NCBI GenBank assembly: GCA_036141575.1
Contig: JAYZXF010000017.1
Coordinates: 78,077-142,076 of the forward strand
Direction: 5' to 3'
DNA from: Pseudomonadota bacterium
GTDB taxonomy: Bacteria; Pseudomonadota; Alphaproteobacteria; UBA2136; JAPKEQ01
Length of the DNA: 64,000 nt
The first letter of the stretch is position 1; every line of letters starts with the position of its first letter. This document shows, one piece after another, positions 17,056 to 25,788 of the stretch. A program made the translations under genes and the position numbers. The notes beneath the pieces are model-generated. The model had not been told where the DNA came from and did no database searches. It saw only the letters and a program-made list of their open reading frames with translations.

Positions 17056-17580
17056 TTATTTTCCGCGCACGTGAATGATGCGGATAATGGATGTGTCGCT
17101 CAGATCAGAGACATCGCCAAGCGACATGACTTGGCGCCGAATGAGGTTTCGAAGAAGTTCTTCTTCTTTATAGCTCACATCAATGAAAGGGTTGTGGCTG
17201 CTTCCAGCTTTGAAAAAAGTGCCGCCATATTGGTTGTCTTTGAGGGCAATATAAAAATATTTATGAGTCGCCGATTTCAAAAACTTCATTTCTTCAGATG
17301 TAAAGGGCACCAGTTCAATGCCGTTGTCCTTAGATTTTTCTGCCATGGCTTGCATGTAGCTTTTACCCTCTACCACACGGCAGATATTGGGTTTAAGTGC
17401 GCTATAGCCAGCGTTAATGACATCGCACAGTGCTTGCCACTCTCTCGGCGGAATGGGTTTAAGTTCATCGCCTTTGTGGGCATCGCGGTAATAACCGTGC
17501 TCTTCATTCACAAAGTAGAAACGCTGATGCGTATAAATGCGGGCGTAAACCAAAAGGGCGTCGTTGTTGAGTCGTTTCAT
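17056..17580 (-). CDS. hypothetical protein, 'WQxLC' paralog family (A)
   Basis: ATG at 17580 (MKRLNNDAL...) with GGAG upstream. Motif 'REWQALCDVI'. One of three tandem paralogs. Confidence 0.6.
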   Translation of the reverse strand: MKRLNNDALLVYARIYTHQRFYFVNEEHGYYRDAHKGDELKPIPPREWQALCDVINAGYSALKPNICRVVEGKSYMQAMAEKSKDNGIELVPFTSEEMKFLKSATHKYFYIALKDNQYGGTFFKAGSSHNPFIDVSYKEEELLRNLIRRQVMSLGDVSDLSDTSIIRIIHVRGK

Positions 17581-17676
17581 GGAGAGGCTCCAGAGAAAAA
17601 GAAAATCAAAGATATGAGTTGCCTTATTTTTACAAGGAGTAGAGAGGCTTGGCAAGGTGTTTCCTGCAAAACAAAA

Positions 17677-17692
17677 CAGCCCCGAAGGGCTG
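17677..17692 (-). terminator. rho-independent terminator
   Basis: CAGCCC-cgaa-GGGCTG. T-run on the minus strand. Confidence 0.7.
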
Positions 17693-17703
17693 TTTAGGTT
17701 CGT

Positions 17704-18276
17704 TTATTGGTCCCAGTAGACCCGCTGGTGCGGTTCTTGGCTCCAATAGTCTTCAAATGTGCCACCTGTATGGAGCAGGCCACGTTTGACGAGCTGCTGA
17801 ATGCCTTGTATCTCTGTGGGAGAAAGCTGGCTTTCGCGACGGCGAGGGGAACCTTCCTCTACCTCATAAAACCAGTGATAAATGCCCGTTTCCGGCTGAA
17901 AAATGAGAGCGCTTGCTTCACGGTGCTGAATGGCACGCAGAAGAGGAATCACGTTCTGTTCTTCTTTGCTGAAGGCGCGAGGGGTCACAAATGGTTCAGG
18001 GTTTGCGTGGATATAGTTCCCCAAAATAACCTGAAAAAGGGGCAGGCCTTCTACGTAACGGCCTTTTGTTGAGAGGGTTGTGAGTGCGTTACAAGCAAAG
18101 GCTTCGCACAGCACTTGCCAGTCTCGCAGGCTAATAGCAGGCAGTTTGGATTCACCAAGATGACCCTGCTTTTTAGGCTGGTTGATGTAAACGCCATGTG
18201 AGACTGTGATGAAGAATTGAACATCCATCTCATGGATGCGCTTCACCATTTCAGCAACCGCTTGAGATTGAGACAT
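17704..18276 (-). CDS. hypothetical protein, 'WQxLC' paralog family (B)
   Basis: ATG at 18276 (MSQSQAVAEM...). Motif 'RDWQVLCEAF'. Own terminator 17677-17692. Confidence 0.6.
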   Translation of the reverse strand: MSQSQAVAEMVKRIHEMDVQFFITVSHGVYINQPKKQGHLGESKLPAISLRDWQVLCEAFACNALTTLSTKGRYVEGLPLFQVILGNYIHANPEPFVTPRAFSKEEQNVIPLLRAIQHREASALIFQPETGIYHWFYEVEEGSPRRRESQLSPTEIQGIQQLVKRGLLHTGGTFEDYWSQEPHQRVYWDQ

Positions 18277-18364
18277 GTGAGATCCTTTCAGAAAAGGGAG
18301 GGAGATGTAAGATGTTGGGATTGTATTCAGTTTGGTGGTGTTATGCAAGTACACAAATGAAAAA

Positions 18365-18380
18365 CAGCCCCGAAGGGCTG
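18365..18380 (-). terminator. rho-independent terminator
   Basis: The identical CAGCCC-cgaa-GGGCTG hairpin. T-run on the minus strand. Confidence 0.7.
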
Positions 18381-18392
18381 GTAATAATCGCT

Positions 18393-19121
18393 TCAATCAT
18401 CTGCCGTCCAGAACGAAAAGATGCTCTGAGCTTCGAGGTGATAGTAAGGGGTCTTTTCACCAAGGGTGACAACGCCTTTATCAATCAGGCTTTGTAGAAT
18501 GACCATTTCATTCTCATCAAAGTCAAGCTCAACGCCCCAGTCGCCTGCAAACCAAACACCATGGTAGGGTTTGTTGTCTCTCCATTTATGGATCAGGCAG
18601 CAGGCATTCATATGCTCTGATGTAGAGTAAGCGTCATGGTCTTCCATGAGGTGAGAGGTGTCTTCGCCTGCATCCTCTGCGGCGTAGTACTCCTTAATGC
18701 ACCCCCGCTTAACATGCTGACCAGCAGGGAAGTGCCGTACGCGCGGGCCTGCGCCTGTCATGGCTTTAAGGAGCATGATCTCATCATTGCTGAGAGCTGT
18801 TGGCGAGGCTGGAGGCGGCGTTTCGGGCCTGTCGAGCGCGGACGCCTCAAGAATTTGATAGAATGTGGCGCCTTGCTCTTTCATGAGGCTAAGCTTCCAG
18901 TTACTATTTAAATGGGCGCGACCATCAGAGATGATTTTGCAGAGAAACTGCCACTCTTCAAGTGTAACGGGGAGTAGGTCGTCTTCATTGACGGGCACAT
19001 TTTCTTGGGTGTTCTGTGCAGCAAGTTTATATGCTCTTGTGTCTGACACAAAGTAGTAGCACAGCTGTTTTTCAATGCTGGCAACAATGTACTCTTCAAG
19101 GGCGATGCCTGAAAGTTTCAT
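18393..19121 (-). CDS. hypothetical protein, 'WQxLC' paralog family (C)
   Basis: Motif 'EEWQFLCKII'. Own terminator 18365-18380. Confidence 0.6.
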   Translation of the reverse strand: MKLSGIALEEYIVASIEKQLCYYFVSDTRAYKLAAQNTQENVPVNEDDLLPVTLEEWQFLCKIISDGRAHLNSNWKLSLMKEQGATFYQILEASALDRPETPPPASPTALSNDEIMLLKAMTGAGPRVRHFPAGQHVKRGCIKEYYAAEDAGEDTSHLMEDHDAYSTSEHMNACCLIHKWRDNKPYHGVWFAGDWGVELDFDENEMVILQSLIDKGVVTLGEKTPYYHLEAQSIFSFWTADD

Positions 19122-19257
19122 AAGAGAGCCTCCAAAAGAAAAAGGGAAAAGATAGATTTTGTGTATCCCTTTGTTACCTGAGAGGTTTTATTTTGCCAAG
19201 TGAATTATTTGAAAATGAGCATGGAAAAATCGGCATAGTTTGTGTATCATCCGGCTC

Positions 19258-20031
19258 ATGGCATACCACATTACCATCTTCACACAAGATAACACCAGCA
19301 GAGGCGGGCGTCATTTTAAGATCCGTAAACCTTTGTTTTGGATATGCTTAATGCTGTTTTTGGTGCTGCCATCTCTGGCGCATTACACAATTATTTTCCA
19401 CATTATGCCAACGTACGCCGTTAAAAAGGCGCAGGGTATGGAAGAAGAGATTACAGGCCTAGCCAGTGGTGTATATACTCTGGAAGAAGAGAACACTCTT
19501 CTAAAGGCGAGGCTCAAGAGCATTACAACAGAGCTTGAAGAAGAGCAGGCTGTACGTAGTGAGCTTGCAGCCCGCATTGCCATTGCTGAAAATGCGCGTT
19601 CATCTTTTGCCAATAAAGCCCAGCAGCTTGAGCAAGAAGTGATTGATCTACGTGCCAGCACCAAGTTTTACGAAGATATTCTAAACCCATCAGAAACAGT
19701 GGGTGAGCTTCAATGTTATAACATTACCACCAGTCTGAATAAGGGAACGCTTAAGTATGGCGTCAATTTCCTCCATCAAAACCAGAACAATACAACGTCT
19801 AAAAAATATAAAATTGTTGTCAATGTGATGAGTGGTGTGAAAGCATCAGATCTTGAAAATATGGAAATTCAAGACGGCGATGATGTGAAAGAAGTGAAGT
19901 TCAAGAAGTCTTACACAATGAAGGGCAGTCTCGATGTGACTTTGCCTGATAATAAGCTCCGCATGCTTGATGTGCGTGCTTACAAAGATGGGACAAATGA
20001 GCTTGTCGGTCATTGCTGGAAAGCTTTCTAG
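19258..20031 (+). CDS. membrane-anchored coiled-coil protein
   Basis: First ATG in ORF 19240-20031. One TM helix ('LFWICLMLFLVLPSLA') then a heptad-rich segment. The start is uncertain. Confidence 0.55.
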   Translation: MAYHITIFTQDNTSRGGRHFKIRKPLFWICLMLFLVLPSLAHYTIIFHIMPTYAVKKAQGMEEEITGLASGVYTLEEENTLLKARLKSITTELEEEQAVRSELAARIAIAENARSSFANKAQQLEQEVIDLRASTKFYEDILNPSETVGELQCYNITTSLNKGTLKYGVNFLHQNQNNTTSKKYKIVVNVMSGVKASDLENMEIQDGDDVKEVKFKKSYTMKGSLDVTLPDNKLRMLDVRAYKDGTNELVGHCWKAF

Positions 20032-20129
20032 CATATATAAAAATCATCTTTTACACGCTTCATTGCTTATGTATTGGTCCATACATGGCGCTCTTTATCC
20101 TGCAAAAATTGCTTTTTTATATATGCTAG
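20028..20129. repeat. perfect 16-bp inverted repeat pair
   Basis: CTAGCATATATAAAAA (20028-20043) and TTTTTATATATGCTAG (20114-20129), 70 nt apart. The left arm contains the TAG stop of 19258-20031. Confidence 0.8.
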
Positions 20130-20140
20130 AAATATATTAA

Positions 20141-20345
20141 AAGAAGTCTTCGTGGTGCTTCATAAACGAGTGCGTAGTGAAGCGGAGCCAAAACCTTAAG
20201 AGGTTTTGAGCGGTTTAAAGCATTTAAAAATAAGGCGGAGCATTATTTTTGAAAGTAAGGGGTTTAAACCAAGACCATGCTTTGCGAGTTATCGCCTTTT
20301 TGGAGCAGCGTAGCGAATGAAAAAAGCGAGAACATGAAGCAAAGA
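20141..20345. repeat. structured intergenic repeat family, copy A
   Basis: Roughly 80% identical by eye to B 58370-58545 over about 180 nt. Hairpin 20188-20208. Confidence 0.75.
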
Positions 20346-20467
20346 ATTAAGAAATCTCTGATTGGAATTTATCCGCATATTTGCTATATTAAGAAGGTTA
20401 AGGGACGCGCATTCTGTAGCGTTCTTGGGGAAAAATAACAATTATAATGCGTTAAGGGAAACACTTC

Positions 20468-21058
20468 ATGTGGCCATTTAAGAAGAAAGAGAACACAGGC
20501 TCACTCGACATTGTAGAAGAGCCAGGTCTACACGACGGACACTGCTATATGGCAGGGAGCATGCGTGTAACCGGTGATGTTGTCTTTTCTGGTACATTCC
20601 GTATTGACGGCCGTATTGACGGTAAAGTTGGCGTACATGCAGGTAAAAACGGCTCTGTGATCCTCTCTAAAGGGTCTGTTGTTAATGGCCCTGTGCAGTG
20701 TAGCAATTTGGTGTGTGACGGTGCAATCCTTGGCGATGTAAATGTTTCTGGACGCTTAGAGTTACGTGCAAGCGCAGTCATCCGCGGTTCTGTACAGTAT
20801 GGTTCAATCCACATTGCTGAAGGGGCTCGCCTAGAAGGTCGTTGTGTTCAGCATAGCTCAATTGCTAAAAACTCTGGCCCTGTTCTGCAAAAGAAAGCGC
20901 CAACGCATGGCGGTTTTGAAAAGGCAGCAGAACAGCTTTCACAGCAAACACCTCGCGTGGTTGCAGGAACATCTCTAAATACACAAGAAACGCAGCAGAA
21001 AACGGCTTCAACAGCTGAAGCGCCAGCAAGTTTCCTGAAAAAAGCGCAGAATTCTTAA
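20468..21058 (+). CDS. bactofilin (polymer-forming cytoskeletal protein)
   Basis: Repetitive beta-helix pattern 'VTGDVVFSGTFRIDGRIDGKV...NGPVQCSNLVCDGAILGDVNVSGRLELRASAVIRGSVQYGSIHIAEGARLEG', typical of the bactofilin/DUF583 fold. Confidence 0.8.
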   Translation: MWPFKKKENTGSLDIVEEPGLHDGHCYMAGSMRVTGDVVFSGTFRIDGRIDGKVGVHAGKNGSVILSKGSVVNGPVQCSNLVCDGAILGDVNVSGRLELRASAVIRGSVQYGSIHIAEGARLEGRCVQHSSIAKNSGPVLQKKAPTHGGFEKAAEQLSQQTPRVVAGTSLNTQETQQKTASTAEAPASFLKKAQNS

Positions 21059-21061
21059 AAT

Positions 21062-21580
21062 ATGGCGTTTATCCTACCATTCAAGGGAACGCTTCCAGCT
21101 ATTGATGAAACAGCTTACGTGGCGCCAAGTGCCACAATTGCGGGTGATGTCCACATTGGGGCAGGGACCAGCATTTGGTTTAATGTTGCCATTCGTGGTG
21201 ATGTGCATCATGTGCGTATTGGTGAAAACGTAAACATCCAAGATGGCACGGTTTGCCATGTAACAAACAAAAAGTTCTCTCTTGAAATTGGTGACCGTGT
21301 CACGGTTGGGCATGGCGCTATCTTGCATGGCTGTGTGCTTGAAGAGGAATCATTTGTTGGTATGGGTGCAATTGTTATGGATGGAGCGCGTGTAGAAAGT
21401 GGTGCTATGGTTGCTGCTGGTGCACTCGTTAGCCCGGGTAAGGTTGTTAAAAAGGGCGAGCTTTGGAGTGGAATGCCAGCGAAAAAGATGCGTGATATGA
21501 CACAAGATGAGATTGACTATCTTCCTTGGTCAGCTGAGCATTACAGGGTGCTTGGTGCTCAATATAAGTCTGAAAGCTAA
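21062..21580 (+). CDS. gamma-carbonic-anhydrase-like / hexapeptide-repeat protein
   Basis: 'AYVAPSATIAGDVHIGAGTSIWFNVAIRGDVHHVRIGENVNIQDGTVCH' follows the left-handed beta-helix YrdA/PaaY pattern. Confidence 0.85.
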   Translation: MAFILPFKGTLPAIDETAYVAPSATIAGDVHIGAGTSIWFNVAIRGDVHHVRIGENVNIQDGTVCHVTNKKFSLEIGDRVTVGHGAILHGCVLEEESFVGMGAIVMDGARVESGAMVAAGALVSPGKVVKKGELWSGMPAKKMRDMTQDEIDYLPWSAEHYRVLGAQYKSES

Positions 21581-21685
21581 AAAGACTTAAAGTTTAAATA
21601 CTTTACCCTGTCAGGAATGGCAGGGTTTTGCTTTTTCTACACACTATAAATACTCAGGGTAGTTAGGTTTAGGAGGAATCTGCAC

Positions 21686-22255
21686 ATGCGTGATCAAAAT
21701 GGATACAGATCCGTAAAAGGAGAAATGGTCGTTGGATTTACCAACGACGGTAAGATGTATTCTACTCCTTTTAAGGAACATGACCCAAACTATGTTGGGC
21801 TTTCACATGAGGATAAAACAAGAGAACGTTACGTTGTGACGTTTAAAGAGCATGAAGATGGTAAGCTTGTTGTAAATTCACTTACACGTGACGATGCCTA
21901 TACAGATGAGATTAAAGCAGCCTTTGCAAGAGGTGAGGCCACAGAGCGTGATGTTGAGTATCATGTTAAGCCTGAAGGAAAAGAAATTCATGGTATGCTC
22001 CTTAAAGAAGGTCATGAAATTACCATGGTAGATCCAGATAAAGCAGGGGATTACCAAGCACAGCGAGAATTCGATGAAATGCGCGCAGATTTTAGTCAGT
22101 CACAGGAAGCTTTCGGTGAAAAAGTCCCTGTCACTGTAGATATGAATGAAATGGTTGTGACTCAATCACGCCAACAGTGGAGTGAAAGGGTGCACGGTAC
22201 AGAAGACCGTGATGCTGGTAACCAGCCAACTCGAGAATTTGAACAGTCTATGTAG
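21686..22255 (+). CDS. hypothetical acidic protein (189 aa)
   Basis: ATG with 'aggagg' upstream. Shares the module 'EDGKLVVNSLTRD' with the next gene. Confidence 0.55.
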   Translation: MRDQNGYRSVKGEMVVGFTNDGKMYSTPFKEHDPNYVGLSHEDKTRERYVVTFKEHEDGKLVVNSLTRDDAYTDEIKAAFARGEATERDVEYHVKPEGKEIHGMLLKEGHEITMVDPDKAGDYQAQREFDEMRADFSQSQEAFGEKVPVTVDMNEMVVTQSRQQWSERVHGTEDRDAGNQPTREFEQSM

Positions 22256-22276
22256 GCCTTAGGGAGGAACAGTAAA

Positions 22277-23194
22277 ATGTCTGAAAAGCACACAATGGTT
22301 TTTGAAAGAGATCTGGATAACGGAACTTTTGAAGCTTTGCACAAAGGTACAATGGAGCAGCGCGCAAAAGCGACTGAAGGTCAGGCTATGTCTGCTGCTG
22401 ATGCTCCAAACAAAGATACCTATTACATTACTGGTTCTAAAGGTGAGGATGGTGCATTTGTTATTGATGAAATTCATCGCTCTGGTGCATCTACAGTACG
22501 TTTTGCTCAACGCATGCAAGCTGATGAAGGCCTAAGCCAAGACCGTAGAAATGAAGAGTTTGAAGCTTATACACATCCAGAACATGTTGATGTTGAAGGT
22601 GTACGTTTTTCTGTTGGTGGCCCCATGTCTGGTGAGGTAAAGGACCTTGAACTTGCGACCTCTGACAGAGCGTATAAAACATTTGAAAATGCGGAGAAGT
22701 ATCTAGAGACTGCTGCCGTACATATTAACCATGGTGTTGGTGAAGCAGTACATGCGAATCAAAAAGCAGAGCGAGAGGCACCTGGACATGTATTTGAGAA
22801 GCAAATTGCATTTGGTCTAGAGCAAGATGGCCAGCTGTTTGCTGAAGAAGTATATAGCCAAGATCATATGCCTGGTAGAGATGAGTGTATGATGCAGCTT
22901 GGAAGAGATCATGACGGTCAAGTTGTTGTGACTCAGCTTTCTCGTAAAAGTGCTGTTTCAGGTGAGGAACCTCAGCTACAAGATTCAGTACATTTTATGG
23001 GGCAAAAGTTTGAGGTCGGCCAGCCGGTTGGAGAGCTAGAAGCGCATGGTAACTTTAGCCCGGAGCAAGCTGAAAAAGTACAGGCAGTGATGACGAATAT
23101 GCGTCATAGCTACATTCGTACAACAGGTGAAGCCCCAGAGCTTAAGCCGGGACGTGAGATGGAAATGCAAGTTGACGACGGTATGTCTCGTTAA
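22277..23194 (+). CDS. hypothetical acidic protein (305 aa)
   Basis: ATG with 'gggagg' upstream. Modules 'EDGAFVIDEIHRS' and 'HDGQVVVTQLSRK'. Terminator about 23208-23232. Confidence 0.55.
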   Translation: MSEKHTMVFERDLDNGTFEALHKGTMEQRAKATEGQAMSAADAPNKDTYYITGSKGEDGAFVIDEIHRSGASTVRFAQRMQADEGLSQDRRNEEFEAYTHPEHVDVEGVRFSVGGPMSGEVKDLELATSDRAYKTFENAEKYLETAAVHINHGVGEAVHANQKAEREAPGHVFEKQIAFGLEQDGQLFAEEVYSQDHMPGRDECMMQLGRDHDGQVVVTQLSRKSAVSGEEPQLQDSVHFMGQKFEVGQPVGELEAHGNFSPEQAEKVQAVMTNMRHSYIRTTGEAPELKPGREMEMQVDDGMSR

Positions 23195-23321
23195 TATCAA
23201 AATATTCAAAAGGCCTGCTCGTCAGGCCTTTTTTACGCCGAGAAGCTATTGCTTGCGTCAATGGCACTTTAGGCGTACCCTTTTAACCAATAATTTTTAA
23301 CAAGAAGAAGGCACATCTCTT

Positions 23322-24377
23322 ATGGATAAAGCAGCTCTTAAAACCACCGCAGATAATCTGGTGAAATCAGGAAAAGGTATTCTTGCCGCTGATGAAAGCA
23401 CAGGCACAGCTGGTAAGCGCCTTGCGAGCATTGGTATGGAAAACACAGAAGATAACCGTCGTGCAATGCGCGATCTATTCTTTAGCACAAGCGGTGCAGC
23501 TGAATACATTAGTGGTGTAATTCTATTTGATGAGACTCTTCGTCAAGAACGCCTAGACGGCAAAATGACATTTGCAACAGATATGATGGCGCATGGTGTC
23601 ATTCCAGGTATTAAAGTTGACCAAGGTCTAGAAGATGCTTTTAAGCCGGGTGAAAAAGTAACAAACGGCCTAGATGGTTTACCTGAGCGTTTGGCTGAGT
23701 ACTTTGAGCTGGGTGCACGTTTTGCCAAGTGGCGCAGCGTATTTAGCATTACAGATACGCTGCCAAGTGCTGAGTGTGTTGAAGAAAACTGTGACCGCCT
23801 CGCGCGCTACGCAAAAATGTGCCAGCAGGCGGGTATTGTGCCAATCGTTGAGCCTGAAATGCTGATGGATGCCGCAGATGCTGTTCATACAATTGACCAA
23901 GCTTACGCAGCAACAACACGTGTGCATAAAGCACTCTTTGCTAAACTTAAAGAGCATGGTGTTTACCTTGAAGGTGTTCTGCTAAAGCCGAGCATGGTCA
24001 TTGAAGGTCATGTGTGCGACGTGTGCGCGACAACGCAGCAAGTGGCAGAGATGACTGTTAAATGCCTGAAGGAAAGCGTGCCTGCAGACGTTGCTGGTGT
24101 TGTGTTCCTATCTGGTGGTCAAACAGATATCCAAGCAACTGAGCACCTGAACTTGATGAACAAACTTGATGGTGACCTACCTTGGCCACTCAGCTTCTCT
24201 TACGGACGTGCACTTCAAGGTGCGGCTCTACAAGCTTGGGGCGGACGTGATGATGCTGTTGAAAACGCGCGTGCAACATTCCTGCACCGCGCTAAAATGA
24301 ACAGCCTAGCCACAAAAGGCCTGTACACTGCAGATAAAGAAGACGGCCTTTGCCTTGGCAAATGTGCGTGCGCTTAA
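23322..24377 (+). CDS. fba: fructose-bisphosphate aldolase, class I
   Basis: 'ILAADESTGTAGKRL', 'IVPIVEPE', 'LEGVLLKPSMV' (Schiff-base Lys context), 'FLSGGQ' and 'SFSYGRALQ' are collinear with class I aldolases. Confidence 0.95.
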   Translation: MDKAALKTTADNLVKSGKGILAADESTGTAGKRLASIGMENTEDNRRAMRDLFFSTSGAAEYISGVILFDETLRQERLDGKMTFATDMMAHGVIPGIKVDQGLEDAFKPGEKVTNGLDGLPERLAEYFELGARFAKWRSVFSITDTLPSAECVEENCDRLARYAKMCQQAGIVPIVEPEMLMDAADAVHTIDQAYAATTRVHKALFAKLKEHGVYLEGVLLKPSMVIEGHVCDVCATTQQVAEMTVKCLKESVPADVAGVVFLSGGQTDIQATEHLNLMNKLDGDLPWPLSFSYGRALQGAALQAWGGRDDAVENARATFLHRAKMNSLATKGLYTADKEDGLCLGKCACA

Positions 24378-24515
24378 GTTCTTAAAGAACACAGAAAAGG
24401 GGCCTCATGGGGCTCCTTTTTTATGAATAGCATTTCAGTTTGACAGCGTCGTAGTGAATCTTTACGATGAGGGTGTATCTCAATCTAATTCTTTCTTTTT
24501 CTAAGGACTAACCTC

Positions 24516-24902
24516 ATGCCTTTAGGTTTTGAACGGTGGGAAGACGCGACGCTAGAGCAGCTTTATGAAGCGATTATGACGTATTTTGACGTAGTGCTCA
24601 AAGAGGCTGAAGAGCTTGACTTTGAAATATTTAGCGTAAGCGAAGACGGAGCTGTGACCCATAAAGGGACCACCACTTTAAATTTGATGTTTGTTTGCCT
24701 TGCTGTAGACGTGCTGCGTAAACATCACCAGATGAGCAGTGCCAGTGTGGCTCATGCTCTGAGTGATCTTGGTTATAAGCCGTGCCGCGAGGCCGTGCTC
24801 AAACTCATTGATGCTTATGATGGTGACGGTGTTGAATCAGAGTTCAAAGTAAGCCGTGATCGCGTATTTGACGTGGCACGCCTTTTGAGCTCTGCAGACT
24901 AA
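24516..24902 (+). CDS. hypothetical protein (128 aa)
   Basis: ATG ORF. Terminator 24911-24934. Confidence 0.5.
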   Translation: MPLGFERWEDATLEQLYEAIMTYFDVVLKEAEELDFEIFSVSEDGAVTHKGTTTLNLMFVCLAVDVLRKHHQMSSASVAHALSDLGYKPCREAVLKLIDAYDGDGVESEFKVSRDRVFDVARLLSSAD

Positions 24903-24910
24903 ATCGAGAA

Positions 24911-24934
24911 AAGCCCCTTTTGTGTAAGGGGCTT
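24911..24934 (+). terminator. rho-independent terminator
   Basis: AAGCCCCTT-ttgtgt-AAGGGGCTT followed by TTTG. Confidence 0.8.
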
Positions 24935-25015
24935 TTTGTTTGACGTTACATGAGTGGCTCGCTATGTTGAAATCAATTCTGATCTCTTATCTTTTGTTTT
25001 CAAGGAGTTTTTCTG

Positions 25016-25381
25016 ATGCAGTTTTCACTTCCTCAGAAGATTAAATTCGCACTTTTTGACCGTAAAGGCAAAAAGGCGGCTAAACGTATCCAAGTGTTGT
25101 GTGAGACAACAATGGATTTGTATAAATCTGGCCCGGGTCATGATAAGGGCATGTTCTTCGTTATGAGTACTATGGGTTTATCTCATGCTGTTGCTGTGCT
25201 GAGAGCTCGCTTTGGTGATGATGAATCCTTGCGTATGTTACGTGCCCAGAGCTATGCCATTGACGGTGATGATGTGGACAAGATTATTGCCACCTTGGAC
25301 GGTGTAAAAGAAGGTAATGCGGAGCGTGAGGCCATTGTGATAAACCTGACGTTTTTGCGTAGTGCCTTTAATGGGCAGTAA
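25016..25381 (+). CDS. hypothetical protein (121 aa)
   Basis: ATG with 'aaggag' upstream. Its stop overlaps the next start (TAATG). Confidence 0.5.
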   Translation: MQFSLPQKIKFALFDRKGKKAAKRIQVLCETTMDLYKSGPGHDKGMFFVMSTMGLSHAVAVLRARFGDDESLRMLRAQSYAIDGDDVDKIIATLDGVKEGNAEREAIVINLTFLRSAFNGQ

Positions 25382-25764
25382 TGGAGGGTCGTATCCAAGA
25401 ACGCCATGTGAAGGCGCTGATCCATTGCGCCAATGAAGCGTTTCGTCTCGCGAAGCAGCATCATTATAGGTTTTTCATCCCGCCTTACAAAGACACGCAA
25501 GCCCTCATGCATTTGCATTTTGTGCCTTTCTTTTATGAAGGGGCAGTCAACATTATGGGTGAAGCATTTGTAGAGAAGGAGCTTGCGATTTGTTTCCAGT
25601 ATCGGGGCAAAGACGTGAAGACCTTCAAAAGAGCTTATCAACGCCATCTGGAAGAGTTTCCTGATAAAGAAACACCAGAAGCTATTGCTGCGGCATATGA
25701 AGCCTTAAACCTGCTTGGAGCTGTTCTTCAGTCTCCCCATCGAAAGAAAAAGTCCCGTCAGTAG
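25381..25764 (+). CDS. hypothetical protein (127 aa)
   Basis: Translationally coupled to 25016-25381. A hairpin overlaps its stop. Confidence 0.5.
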   Translation: MEGRIQERHVKALIHCANEAFRLAKQHHYRFFIPPYKDTQALMHLHFVPFFYEGAVNIMGEAFVEKELAICFQYRGKDVKTFKRAYQRHLEEFPDKETPEAIAAAYEALNLLGAVLQSPHRKKKSRQ

Positions 25765-25788
25765 CGGGACTTTTTAAATTTTGAAGGC

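Noticed and set aside
20317-20337. Conserved mini-ORF MKKART* (copy A) / MKKARA* (copy B, 58517-58537) inside the repeat family
   Set aside because: It is only 6 codons long, has no RBS, and is absent from copies C and D. It is most simply a by-product of nucleotide conservation. Ribosome profiling could revisit this.
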